64,000 nt of DNA from an uncultured delta proteobacterium (lineage in GTDB: Bacteria > Myxococcota > Kuafuiibacteriia > Kuafuiibacteriales > Kuafuiibacteriaceae). Position 1 is the stretch's first letter; each line of letters begins with the position of its first letter. Of the stretch, positions 42,880 through 53,881 are shown one piece after another. The position numbers and the translations under genes are program-made. The DNA lies in assembly GCA_963803435.1 (NCBI GenBank), contig CAWDML010000009.1, positions 1,536,001-1,600,000 on the forward strand, written 5' to 3'. A model generated the notes under the pieces. It saw nothing but the letters and a program-made list of their open reading frames with translations. It was not told the origin of the DNA and did not search any database.

Positions 42880-44389
42880 TCAACCGTCAAGCTCGGCGAT
42901 CCGGCGCGTGACCAGGTCTGAGAGCGCCATGATGGTCGCCTGGGGATTCACTGCGCTCGGGCTTGGGAACAAGCTCGCATCCGCCACCCATACGCCCTCG
43001 ACGCCGGCCAGCCGACCCTGCTCGTCGACGGGTCCCCGGAACGCGCCGCGGCTCATCGGACAGGAGCCGAAGATGTGGTTGGCCGTCAGCGGGAGGTCGC
43101 GCGCCTTCACACCGGCGGTCAGGAACGCCTCCGCCTGCTCCTTCTTCACGATCGGCTCGGGCACGCCGCGGATGCCGTGGAGCACCTCGCGGGCGCCGGC
43201 GGCCAGGAGGGCCTCGGTCGCCAGCTTGACGCCCTGCATCGCGACCTGCGCCTCCGCGTCCGGGATCCACATCAGCATCTTCGGTCGCGAGCCGCGCAGC
43301 GACTTCACGCGGCCGGTGACCTTCGCGCGATAGACGTGGACCAGGAGCGTCGCGAACTTCACGTCGGCGAGCTGCTCGAGGTAGCGCCGGCCGACGTCGC
43401 CCCAGCGCACCATGATCAAGCTGGGCGGGGCCCACAGCGACTCGAACTTCATGCCGCGGATGCCGGGGTGGAACGCGCCCCAACCCTGCGTCGCGCCGAT
43501 CCAGGGATCCATCCGCTCCTGCATGATGCCGGCGACGCCGCCGCCGATGTGCGCGAAGAAGGTGGCGCCGACGGTGCCCCGCGGGTTGAGGCCCGAGTCC
43601 TGGAGCAGCACCGGCGTCTGGGCGGCGCCGGCCGAGACGATCACCCGCGGCGCGCGGACCACGAACGCACCCACGCGGCGCCTGCCTTTCGGATCGACGA
43701 CGCTCCCGGCAACTCCGGCGGCGCGCCCGTGCTCGATCAGGATCCGTTCGACCATCGCGCAGGTGAAGATCTCGAGCGCCGTCCCGCTCGGCGTCGGGGA
43801 GGTAGCAGCGATCCATCGACTGCTTGCGTCCGGTCGCGCAGCCGGTGATGCAATCGCCGCAGCCCTCGCAGTCCTTGACCGCGCGTGGGAGTGGTCCGCT
43901 GGGGATGCCGGCGAGCGTCAGCGCGTCGCGCACCTTGAGGTTGCGGCGCCCCTGGATGTTCATCGGCGTCACCGTGGTGCTGGTGCGCGCCAACACGCGC
44001 TCGTAGGCTGCGTCGAGCGCGTCGCCTTCGAGGAAGTCGAGACCGTTCTCCTTTGCCCACTCGGCCCGGACGTAGTCGGGCAGCTGGAGCATGATCGCCG
44101 AGTTGACCACCGTGCTGCCGCCGAGACATCGCCCCTGGAGCGAGGGGATCTGGCCACTGCCACCGATGACGCGGGCGCCCCCCTCCCAGAAGTAGCGCGC
44201 CAGAAACTTGGGCGCGTCGCGCGTCATCTCCGACTCGCGCACCTTGGGACCGGCCTCCAGCACCACCGTGCGGAGGCCGCCCTTCGCCAGGTTGGCGGCG
44301 GCCACCGCGCCGCCCGCGCCGGAGCCGACGACCACCACGTCCGCCTCGACCTCGAATCCGTCCGCGAGATCGGCGAGCTCGTGCATCAT
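42880..44389 (-). CDS. GMC family oxidoreductase (frameshift near 43775)
   Basis: VVVGSGAGG, GRCLGGSTVVN, CEGCGDCITGC, SAGAAQTP, HIFGSCPM, ADASLFP..VNPQATIMAL. Confidence 0.88.
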
Positions 44390-44847
44390 CCGATTTCGAC
44401 CTGATCCAGCGCGTCCGGAACCACGTTGATGGGGAGCGGATCGTCCGGGTGCGGACATACCGCGAAGCAACCCATGTACGAGAGGACGCCCGGATGGGAC
44501 AGATAGATCATCGACAGCGCCCCTTTGAGCGACTCGCCCAGGATCTGGAGCGGGAAGAAGCGCGAGGCTCGCCAGCCACGCACCAGCGCCTCCCGCCGTT
44601 CGATCGGCGCACGGGAGAAGCGACGGCCGATCAGCAGGATCGAGCCGAGCTCGACCGCGATGAACATCAGCGTGACCAATCGGCGCGGGCGGTCCTCGAG
44701 CTCCTCCATCCACTCGAGCGTTCGGTCGACCATCGAGGCCTCGCTCCAGCTGGGCGCGCCCAGATCGTTCTCGGGAAAGATGGCCTCGCTGGCGGAACGG
44801 ATGCCGTCGATCGCGCGCCGCATCCAGAAGCCCTGTCCCATCGCCAC
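44386..44847 (-). CDS. Small partner of the GMC oxidoreductase (gluconate 2-dehydrogenase subunit 3-like)
   Basis: Overlaps the GMC start; helical, RRFSR..ERREALV..W..S pattern. Confidence 0.6.
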   Translation of the reverse strand: MAMGQGFWMRRAIDGIRSASEAIFPENDLGAPSWSEASMVDRTLEWMEELEDRPRRLVTLMFIAVELGSILLIGRRFSRAPIERREALVRGWRASRFFPLQILGESLKGALSMIYLSHPGVLSYMGCFAVCPHPDDPLPINVVPDALDQVEIG

Positions 44848-44910
44848 GATGGCAGTTTAGAGGCCGGTTTCCTTCCGCGAAAGAGTTCGGCTCGATATTC
44901 TCCTCCGTCC

Positions 44911-47154
44911 ATGGTGGCGGTGTCTTCGAAGGATCACTCCGGCGCGCAGACCGAGCGTGTGCGCTGTCCGAGTCGAATCGACAGTGTCGTGGTTTATGCG
45001 CGCGGCGCCGTGGTCACTCGTCGGGTCGAGATACGAGACCTGCCGGCGACCGCGATCGATCTGATCGTCGACGCGATCACCCCGCTCGCCGAGCCCGGCA
45101 GCTTCCGTGTGGAGGTCGAAGGGGATCGCGAGGTGCTCGGCGTCGTCACCGAGCTCGAGATCCCCGAAGACGAGCGGAGCGAAGGGGAGCTCACCCGCGA
45201 GATCACCGCCGCCACCCGCGAGATCGCCCGGCTGGTGGCCGAGCGCGCCCGCCTCGACGCGCGGCGGCGGTCGGTCGCCTCCGCCCAGCCCGAGGCGCGC
45301 CTGACGAAGAAGAAGGGGTTCGAGGATCCCGGCGCCCGTGCGCGCAACCTGGTGTCAGCGCAGGCGCTGCTCACGGAGATCGAGCGCGCGCTGGACGAGT
45401 CGATCGTGGCGATCGATCGCACGCTCATCGAGCAGCGGAAGGGACTGCGCAAGCTGGAGATCGAGGCGGCCCAGCGAGAGGGGCGCGCGGTCGCGAGGAA
45501 GCACCACCCGGAGCTGCGCGCGGTCATCCGCCTCGCCGCCCAGGACGCGCCCGTGCAGGCGCTCCTGTTGTCCTACGGGGTCGCGGAGGCGCGCTGGTGG
45601 CCGACGTACGCGGTCCATCTCACCGACGGTGCCCGTCGCGCCGAGCTCTTCGTCGAGGCGCTGGTGGCGCAGGCGACCTTCGAGGACTGGAAGGACGTCT
45701 CGCTGGCGCTCAGCACCGCCGACAAGATCCGAGACGTTCGACTGCCCGAGCTGAGCTCCCTCCGGCTGGGTCGTGCCCAGGAGCCGAAGAAGAGAGGCTT
45801 CCGCGAGCCGCCTTCGGATCTGGATCAGCTCTTCGCGGCCTACGACGACGCGATCGCGGGCACCGAGCGGAAACCGGCGCCGATCCCGCCGGCGTTGCGC
45901 CAGCTCCAGGCGTTCAAGCAGGAGCTCCTGGAGGACGGGAACCTCGAGGCGGGCGACGAGGCGCACGGGTCCTTCAGCGAGGAGATCACGGGCGTGGGCT
46001 GGGCGAACGAGCTGCAGGTGCGGGATTGATTGGGCGTGACCACCCGCGCGGGGATGGTCTCCGCGAGGTCGCGCACCATGTCGGCGAGGCCCTCGCCGCC
46101 CCCTCCGCCGATGGTGGCGGCCCAGATGGGGGCGATGCCGGCCGGCGCGCCCATGGCCAGCCGGGCGCCCATGCGGGCGGCAGGTCCGGGGGCGGTCCTC
46201 GGCGACGTGCTGGAGGCTGCAGCCGACGGGATCGCCGCGTTCGGGGAAGGCGCCGTCCGTGCATTCAAGGCCGTCGGGCCCAGCGAGATCGAGCCGGCCG
46301 ACGCGTGGCTCGACTTCGACTCGCTGCGGCTGAGCGCCTTCAGCGTCGAGGCGAGCGGCTCGGCGCGCGGCCGGCTGGTCCGAACCCAGCGCTTCGAGCT
46401 AGTGGCCGAGCTCCGCCGGCAGGTGCAGCTGGTCGACCTCACCGCGGACCGGCCGGGCGGCGCGTCGGGGCCCCGCGGCCTGCGAGATCCGCTGGTCAGC
46501 CGCGGCGAGTTCGATCACCGGTACGACGCCGACAGCACCGCGGAGGTCGCCGCCGACGGACGGCCCCACCGGGTCTCGCTGCTCCGCGCGAGCGCGCCCG
46601 CGAAGCCCCGCTTCGTCACGGTGCCGCGCTCCGTCGCAGACGTGTTTCGCGAGGTCGAGCTCACCAATCCGATCGACGCGCCGCTCTTGCACGGGCCGAT
46701 CGACGTCATGCTCGACGGAGCTCTGCTCACCACGACCGCACTCGAGGAGCCAGTGGATCGCGGAGGCAGCTTCGCGGTCGGCTTGGGCGTCGAGGAGCGG
46801 GTGCGCGTGGCGAGAAACGCGCGCGTCCGTGAGACCACGGTGGGGATGCTGTCGTCGAGCACTGCGGTCGATCATCAGGTCACCATCGACCTGGCCTCGG
46901 GTCTCGGCCATCCTATCGCGGTCGAGGTGATGGAGCGCGTCCCCGTCACCGACGACAAGAACGTAAAGATCGAGCTGATCGAATCGACGCCGCCGGCCGA
47001 GAAGTACGATCAGAAGGAGCGCGGGCGTCCCATCGACGGAGGCCTCAAGTGGAAGATCGCGCTCGACCCGGGAGGGAAGCGAACGGTCTCGTACACGTAC
47101 CGCATCGAGCTCTCCGCGAAGTCCGAGATCCAGGGAGGCAACCGCCGTGAATGA
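44911..47154 (+). CDS. DUF4140/DUF4139 (MuiA-like) protein 1, in-frame TGA at 46027-46029
   Basis: IDSVVVYARGAVVTR, ARWWPTY, QATFEDW..LSTA; after the TGA the same frame continues to PLLHGP, LGVEERVRV, ERVPV, GGNRRE. Confidence 0.8.
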
Positions 47155-48734
47155 CACCGTACGGATCCGCGCGCCCAAGGCGGTGCCGAGCCGCGCCTCG
47201 ATGGTGCGACTGTACGAGGACCGCGCCGAGGTGGTCCGCTCGGCCTCGATCGAGGTCTCCCAGGGGAGCCAGTGGATCGCGATCTCCGGCGTCACGGCGG
47301 TCATCGACGATCGAAGCGTGCAGGCCGAGATCCGCGCCGACGGCGTCCGCGTGATCGGGGCCCGCGTTCTCCGCCGCGTCCGCGATCCCGGCGACCTCGA
47401 CGTGAGCGACGCGGAGGCCCTCGAGCATCGGACCGACGCGCTCCTCGATCGACACCACGCCGCCGAGCGCGCCGGTCTCCGCGCCGAGTCGGCGCTGGCG
47501 CGCAGCGAAGAGGCGATCGCGGGCTGGCTCTCGGGGATTCTCGCGGGTGCCGGAGCTGAGCGACGACGCCGTGCGCACCCGCTGGGTCGAGGCGTACCAG
47601 GCGTTGATCACCGCCGACGACGCGCACCTGGCCGACAACCTGAAGGCGAGCGAAGAAGAGCAGGACGTCGGCGAGACCGCAGCGGCGCTCATCGACAAGC
47701 TGAACCGTCTCAGGACCGAGGTGCCCCAGATTGACGCGGTGATCGAGGTCCAGCTCCACGCCGACCACGCCTGTCCCGCAGAGCTTCAGGTGAAGTATCG
47801 AACGCCCTGCGCCGCCTGGCGGCCCGAGCACCTGGCGCGCCTCTCGCCCGTGGCGAAGGGACCGTCGCGCATCGACCTCACCACCTACGCGACGGTCTGG
47901 CAGTCGACCGGCGAGGACTGGGCCGACGTCCAGGTCGAGTTCTCGACCGCGCGTCCGGCCCGCATCGCCTCTGCGCCGCTGCTCGAAGAGGACCGCATCC
48001 ACGCCCGCAAGAAGACCGAGGAGGAGCGGCGCACCATCACGGTGGAGCAGCGGGAGCAGGAGATCCAGGTGGCCGGGATTGGCGACCGAGCCCGGGCCGT
48101 CGACGAGATGCCCGGCGTCGACGATGGCGGTGAGCCGCTCACCTATCGGTCCGCCGGTCGGGTGTCGCTCCCCTCGAACGGGCGGCCCTACCGGGTCGAG
48201 ATTGGTCGCGCCGCGCTCGAGGCCTCGGCCGGTCGGGTCTTGGTGGCGGAGAAGACGCCGGTCGCGCATTGGCGGGCCACCTCGACACTGACCGCGCCAG
48301 GCCCGTTGCTTGCTGGTCCGGTCCGGATCATCCGAAACCGAAGCATGATGGGGCGAGGCAAGACGGACTTCGTCGGGCGCGGAGAAGCGTTCGAGCTCGG
48401 ATTCGGGCCCGACGACTCGATCCGCGCGCGAAGGAAGCTGACCGAGAAGCGCGATCGAACGCCGCTGATCGGCACGCAGAAGATCGATCGCGAGGTCCGT
48501 CTCTTTCTCTCCAACCTCTCGGGCGAGACGAAGGAGGTTACGGTTCTGGAGCGCATCCCCGTCAGTGAGATCGAGGAGATAGAGATCGCGCTGATCGAGG
48601 GCGGCCCCGAATGGAGCCACGACCGTCGCGATGGCTTTCTGCGTCGCAAGGTGATGCTGGGCGCCCGCGAGACCAAGGAGATCAAGTACTCCTACGAGAT
48701 CCGCGCCAAGTCGAACGTCGAGCTGCCGTTCTGA
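47147..48734 (+). CDS. DUF4140/DUF4139 (MuiA-like) protein 2 (frameshift near 47545)
   Basis: VRLYEDRAEVVR, AAWRPEH, WQSTGEDW..FSTARP, PLLAGPV, LGFGPD, ERIPVSE. Confidence 0.8.
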
Positions 48735-48749
48735 TATAGAAGGGGCAGG

Positions 48750-49850
48750 ATGTCCGACCACGAGAAGCTGGGGATCCACGAGGCCTCGACGGTCATCGAG
48801 GCCAAGCGCCCGCCCTCCGCCACGGCGGAGCGCGCGACCACCGACGCGCTCCCATCGATCGCCGTTCCTCCGCACGCAGGGAAGGTCCTCGAGGGCTCCG
48901 GCCCCGACACCGCGCGCGACGAGGACACAGCCCCGCGCATCGGCGAGTACGCGTTGATCGCCCGCTTTCCCTCCAGCGCCACCGCCGAGGTCTTCCTCGG
49001 TTACAAGGTCACGAACTTCGGCTTCATCCGGCGCGCGGTGGTCAAGTGGACCGACCGCAATCGGACGGACTACGACAAGGTGCGCGAGACGCTGTTGGAC
49101 GAGGGGCGCGCCATCTCCTTCGTCGATCACCCGAACATCGTCACCATCCTGGACATGGGCGACGACGCCAACGGCACCTACATTGCGCTCGAGTACGTGT
49201 CGGGTACCGACCTGCGCCGCGTGATGTCCGAGCTCACCGAGCGCAAGGATCAGATGCCGTACCAGCACGCGTGTTTCCTCAGCTGCGAGCTGTTGCGCGG
49301 GCTCCAGCACATGCACCTGGCCAGCGGCGCCGATCAGCGACCGCTCAACATCGTGCATCGGGACGTCAACCCCTCCAACGTGCTGATCTCCGAGGACGGC
49401 CACGTCAAGCTGACCGACTTCGGGACCGTGCTGATGCAAGGCCGCCTGCAGGGGACGACCGCGCCCGGGATGGTCAAGGGCAAGGTTCGCTATCTGGCAC
49501 CGGAGTACATCGCCGATCAGATCTGCTCGCACCGCGTCGACGTCTACAGCGTCGGCGTGATGCTCTTCGAGATGCTCACCGGGCAGCCGGCGTTCGTCAC
49601 CAACAACGCGACCAGCAGCATGATGTTGATCGTTCGCGACGGCCTCCCGGTTCGGGAGCTCAAGAGCTTCAACGTTCCGAAGCACCTGATCGACATCGTC
49701 GCCAAGGCCACCAGCAAGCGGCCGCAGGACCGCTTCCATGCGGCCTCGGAGATGTGCGACGCGATCGAGGACTGGATGGCCACGGACGGACAGTTCGTCA
49801 GCCCCTCGAGGTTCTCAGCCTATCTCCACGCGCACGGTCTGTTCGTGTGA
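48750..49850 (+). CDS. Cytoplasmic Ser/Thr protein kinase
   Basis: HPNIV, VHRDVNPSN, DFG, KGKVRYLAPE, DVYSVG; degenerate Gly-loop. Confidence 0.88.
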   Translation: MSDHEKLGIHEASTVIEAKRPPSATAERATTDALPSIAVPPHAGKVLEGSGPDTARDEDTAPRIGEYALIARFPSSATAEVFLGYKVTNFGFIRRAVVKWTDRNRTDYDKVRETLLDEGRAISFVDHPNIVTILDMGDDANGTYIALEYVSGTDLRRVMSELTERKDQMPYQHACFLSCELLRGLQHMHLASGADQRPLNIVHRDVNPSNVLISEDGHVKLTDFGTVLMQGRLQGTTAPGMVKGKVRYLAPEYIADQICSHRVDVYSVGVMLFEMLTGQPAFVTNNATSSMMLIVRDGLPVRELKSFNVPKHLIDIVAKATSKRPQDRFHAASEMCDAIEDWMATDGQFVSPSRFSAYLHAHGLFV

Positions 49851-49865
49851 GGCCGTGCGGCCGCC

Positions 49866-50846
49866 TCACGGTCGCAGCACCTCGAACATCGCCTTCTTCC
49901 CCCTCAGCTCGAAGTAGAGCCCCATGCCGTAGGACGTCTTGCCGTCCAGCATCGGCCAGGGATCGGGGTTGGCGGTCCCGGCGTTCACATACAGCGTGGT
50001 GAAGAGCTTCTTCGGCCTCCGGACCTTCTTGCCGCTGAGGTCGGTCCCACGGCCGCCCGCCTCCAGGATGTGGCCGAAGATCCCGAAGCTGGTGTTCGTT
50101 CGCTTCAAGAGATCCGTGATCTGGGGATCGCCGACGTTGCCGGCATCCGTCGCCAGGTCGAGCGCCTTCTTGCCGCTCTGCTTGGGAGGGCCGTGAGAGA
50201 TCAGGATCTTGGGCCCCTTGGCCTCGTCCATCATGTGCTTCAGCTCGAGCAGGTCGTCCTCGTCGTAGTGCGCCGCACCGCCCGTATGGACGAAGCGGCG
50301 GTCGTAGTACCCGGGGAGCGTGAAGAGCACGGCGCTGTCGAGCTCGATCTGGCGGACCCAGTTGCCGTTGATGAAGTTGGGATGCTTGGCGAACACGATC
50401 TCGGCGGCGTGATTGAACTGCCCGCACGACTCCGTGTTGCCGACATGCGCGATCACCAGGACATCGGCGGCAGCCAGCGCCGGCAGCAGCGCGTCCTCCA
50501 TGTTGAACTCCTTGCTGCCGACGTCGCCGTTGACCACGAGCACGTCCATCCGGCGCTTCTCGAGCTGTCTGATCAGCTTCTTGATCGCCGACAGGGTCTC
50601 CTCGCGCTCGTCCTTGGTCGCGGAGATGACACCGATCCGCAGCGTGTGGCCGCGCCCGTGATCCAGCTGCACCAGACGGTGGCCGAGGAGCTGGTATTTG
50701 TGCCTGCCGGCCGAGATCTCGATCGGCTCCGCGAGCTTACCTGGGCTCCCGACGCACTCGCCGTTGCGCGCCTCTGCGAACTTCGCCCAGCTCGCATAGG
50801 TGGGGGTCTCGGAGGTGAGGAGCAGGAGGATCAACGCCGCGTGCAC
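49866..50846 (-). CDS. Exported calcineurin-like metallophosphoesterase-fold protein
   Basis: Signal-like N-terminus; VNGD, VGNTE, ISHGPP, FGHILE. Confidence 0.7.
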   Translation of the reverse strand: MHAALILLLLTSETPTYASWAKFAEARNGECVGSPGKLAEPIEISAGRHKYQLLGHRLVQLDHGRGHTLRIGVISATKDEREETLSAIKKLIRQLEKRRMDVLVVNGDVGSKEFNMEDALLPALAAADVLVIAHVGNTESCGQFNHAAEIVFAKHPNFINGNWVRQIELDSAVLFTLPGYYDRRFVHTGGAAHYDEDDLLELKHMMDEAKGPKILISHGPPKQSGKKALDLATDAGNVGDPQITDLLKRTNTSFGIFGHILEAGGRGTDLSGKKVRRPKKLFTTLYVNAGTANPDPWPMLDGKTSYGMGLYFELRGKKAMFEVLRP

Positions 50847-50860
50847 CGCGGCAACCTAGC

Positions 50861-52057
50861 CTACGCCCTCGCCTCGGTCGATCCTCGCGTGAGGCGAGCC
50901 AGGAGCCCGGCGAGCCCGGGGATCGCACCGATCCAGCGGATCGCCCGATCCGCCCGAACCGGATCCAGCAGCAGATCCTGGAGCCCCCGCGCGATCCGCA
51001 TCCGCGGCTCGAAGGCCAGCCGCCAGCGGAGATCCCATCGCCGAGCCAGCGTCTCCAGCTGACCGGGGCTGGGACGGTCGTCGAGGGATCTCATCGTCTC
51101 GGCGAGGAGCGCGGCGGAGTCGAGCGCCATCGCCTGACCGTCGCCGGCCAAGGGCGCGATCATGCCGGCGGCGTCCCCGACGAAGAGCACCCCGTCCTTG
51201 GCCCGCTCCTTGAGCGAGAACGGGATCTCGGCCACCGCCTGGATCACGTCGTCCGACGGCACCAGGGACTCGAGCCGCTCGGCGAGGTGCGCGTTGGCAG
51301 CGATGAGCGCGCGCCGGACGGACTCCCACTCCGTGTCGGGCATCCGGTCGAGGAACCGGCGCTCGAGCAGCATGCAGACGTTGACCTCGCCGGTCTCGAC
51401 GAAGCTCATCCCACAGTAGCCGCCGTCGAGCGTGTGGATCTCGACCGTCTCCGCCAGCGCCTTCACGAGCGCCTCGCCGCCTGGACCCCGGGCGGCGCGG
51501 TGGTGCCGCTTGAACGCGACGTACGGGTGTCGCTGTTCCGTGAAGCGGCGGGAGAGCGCCCGATCGATCCGCGCCCTCCGCCCGTAGGCGCCGACGACGA
51601 TGCGCGCCTCGATCGTCTCCAGCGATCGAGCTCGATCGCGCGCGACCTCGATCTCGAAGCGTCCCTCCGTCGGGACGATCGCCCTCACCTCCGCATGCTC
51701 GACCGTCTCGGCGCCGCGGGCGGCAGCGTGCTCGAAGAGCAGCCGATCGAGCGCGGCCCGCGTGACCCCGAGCGCCGGCGCCGGAAGGTCGAGCGACAGA
51801 GAGGCTCCCGAGGGCGCGGTGAAGCGCGCACGGCGGATCGGTACCGCGCCCGAGGCCACGATTCGATCCAGGCAACCCAGCTTGCGCAGGGTGGCTTGCG
51901 ACTCCGACGACAGAAACTCTCCGCAGAGCTTGTCCCGGGGGAACGTGTCGCGCTCCAGGAGCAGCACGTCGCGCCCCGCGCCCGCGAGGAGGGCCGCGAG
52001 CGCAGAGCCCGCCGGACCGCCACCGACGATCACCACCTCGCGCTCGGCTCGGGTCAC
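50861..52057 (-). CDS. NAD(P)/FAD-dependent oxidoreductase (geranylgeranyl reductase/monooxygenase-like)
   Basis: IVGGGPAGS, FPRDKLCGEFLS, VGDAAGMIAPLAGDGQAMAL; overlaps the PKS stop. Confidence 0.88.
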   Translation of the reverse strand: MTRAEREVVIVGGGPAGSALAALLAGAGRDVLLLERDTFPRDKLCGEFLSSESQATLRKLGCLDRIVASGAVPIRRARFTAPSGASLSLDLPAPALGVTRAALDRLLFEHAAARGAETVEHAEVRAIVPTEGRFEIEVARDRARSLETIEARIVVGAYGRRARIDRALSRRFTEQRHPYVAFKRHHRAARGPGGEALVKALAETVEIHTLDGGYCGMSFVETGEVNVCMLLERRFLDRMPDTEWESVRRALIAANAHLAERLESLVPSDDVIQAVAEIPFSLKERAKDGVLFVGDAAGMIAPLAGDGQAMALDSAALLAETMRSLDDRPSPGQLETLARRWDLRWRLAFEPRMRIARGLQDLLLDPVRADRAIRWIGAIPGLAGLLARLTRGSTEARA

Positions 52058-53289
52058 GCCGGTTCTACTTCCAGCGTGACCCCCTCGATCGTCAATCCCG
52101 GGCCGAAGCCGAGCGCCAGCACGTGACCGGCGCGCTGGTTCCTGCGGAGCTCGCGCTCGAGCACGAAGAGGATTGTCGCCGACGACATGTTTCCCAGCTC
52201 CCGCAATACTTCGAACGCCGACAGGAGCGCCGCCTCCGGTACCCGCAGGCCCCGGGCGACCGCCTCCAGGATGCGCCGGCCGCCGGGATGGATCGCATAT
52301 CCGACGACCGCCTCCCGGTCGCCCACACCGGACGACTCGAGCAGATGCCGCACGAACGGCTCGACGCCCTCCTCGAGGTGCTGGGGGATGTCGGCGCCCA
52401 GCGTCATCACGAAGCCGTGGTCGCCGATCTCCCAGCGCATCCGATCGAGGGTGTCGCGCGCCACCTGCGAGGCCGTACCGCAGACGGTGGCGAGCCCGCT
52501 CCCATCCTTCGGGTCGCGGCGGTAGACCGCTGCCGACGCGCCGTCGCCGAAGAGGCTGTTCGCGATCAGCATCTTCATGTTGGGCTCCCGCTGGAGGTGC
52601 AGCGAGCAGAGCTCCACGGAGACATGGAGGACGGTCGCGCCCGGATCCGCGCGCACGATCTGGTCGGCCGTGCGGATCGCGTTGAGGCCCGCGTAGCACC
52701 CCATGAACCCGATGACGGTACGCTGGACCCGGTCGGACATGCCGAGCGCGAGGCCGAGCTCGATGTCGGGCCCGGGCGCGAAGAAGCCGGTGCAGGTGCT
52801 GATCACGAGGTGCGTGATCTGGCTCGGCGTCACCGCGGAGGCCGCCAGCGCCCGCGTGGCGGCCTCGACCGCCAGCGGCACGGACTCGCGCCGATAGGCA
52901 GCCATGCGCGCCGCCGTGGTGGGGAACGGATCGAGGGACCAGCGCGGCGGATAGAAGCGGAAGCTCTCGGGATCCGACGCGCCGTAGTCGGCGAGCACGC
53001 TGTGGCGGGCCTCGATGCCCGAGCCCTCGGCGATCGACTCGATCCTGCGGAGGAACCCGCTCGGCGTCTCCGGTTGCGCGGCCGCCACGTTCCGCAGAAA
53101 GCGCGCGATCGTCTGCTGCGACGACCGGTGGCGAGGGACCGCCGTTCCGATCCCGAGCAGTCGCGTGCGATGGGCCGACGAGCCGATCCTGCGATCAGAG
53201 GGAGCGGTGGCCCGATCAGGCAAGCCCTTTGTCGCTTCGGGGCGATCCGCTACGCTGAAAGGGATGGGGAGCGAGGGTCTCCGACTCAT
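52054..53289 (-). CDS. Type III polyketide synthase
   Basis: GIGTAVP, STCTGFFAPG, catalytic Cys in GFMGCYAG, VELCSLH, LFGDGA, His in IHPGG, Asn in GNMSSAT, GFGPGLTIE; start uncertain. Confidence 0.93.
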   Translation of the reverse strand: MSRRPSLPIPFSVADRPEATKGLPDRATAPSDRRIGSSAHRTRLLGIGTAVPRHRSSQQTIARFLRNVAAAQPETPSGFLRRIESIAEGSGIEARHSVLADYGASDPESFRFYPPRWSLDPFPTTAARMAAYRRESVPLAVEAATRALAASAVTPSQITHLVISTCTGFFAPGPDIELGLALGMSDRVQRTVIGFMGCYAGLNAIRTADQIVRADPGATVLHVSVELCSLHLQREPNMKMLIANSLFGDGASAAVYRRDPKDGSGLATVCGTASQVARDTLDRMRWEIGDHGFVMTLGADIPQHLEEGVEPFVRHLLESSGVGDREAVVGYAIHPGGRRILEAVARGLRVPEAALLSAFEVLRELGNMSSATILFVLERELRRNQRAGHVLALGFGPGLTIEGVTLEVEPA

Positions 53290-53881
53290 GCTGTTCGATC
53301 GGACGTGCCGCGGCCGCGGTCCCCTGCCCGGCCTGACCACCCTCTGGCGCGCCGGCGCCTGGCTCTACGGCCGCCTCGGTCGCCTCGATGCATGGCGAGG
53401 TGCGACGACCTGGGCGGAGGGCCTCGAGTGGCTCGCCACCCACGCGCCCGATCGTCCCATCGCCGAGATCCAGTACTGGGGCCACGGCAACTGGGGCACC
53501 CTCCTCATGGATCGACAGCGCCTCGACGTGGCCGCGCTCGACCCCGACCACGCGCTGCAACCCTGGCTCGCCCGCGTGCGCGACCGCCTGCTCCCCGGCG
53601 CCCGCTCGCTCCTCTGGTTCCGAACCTGCGAGACCTTCGGGAGGTCCGAGGGTCACCGGTTCGCCCGCGCGTTCGCAGACTTCTTTCAGGCGCGCGTCGC
53701 CGGCCACACGTACGTGATCGCCTGGGCACAGAGCGGGCTGCACACGCTCGGTCCCGGAGAGAGCCCGCAATGGCCGATCGGTGAGGGCCTCGGCCGCAAC
53801 CCGAAGCGCGCGCTCTGGTCGGGATTCACCAAACCGAACACAATCTCGTTCCTCCACGGCTCGATCCCGCGGGGGTTCTAA
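53264..53881 (+). CDS. Hypothetical protein, possible His-Cys (clan CD/DUF4347-like) fold
   Basis: IQYWGHGNWG ... LWFRTCETFG; start at 53264 or 53288. Confidence 0.6.
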   Translation: MGSEGLRLMLFDRTCRGRGPLPGLTTLWRAGAWLYGRLGRLDAWRGATTWAEGLEWLATHAPDRPIAEIQYWGHGNWGTLLMDRQRLDVAALDPDHALQPWLARVRDRLLPGARSLLWFRTCETFGRSEGHRFARAFADFFQARVAGHTYVIAWAQSGLHTLGPGESPQWPIGEGLGRNPKRALWSGFTKPNTISFLHGSIPRGF

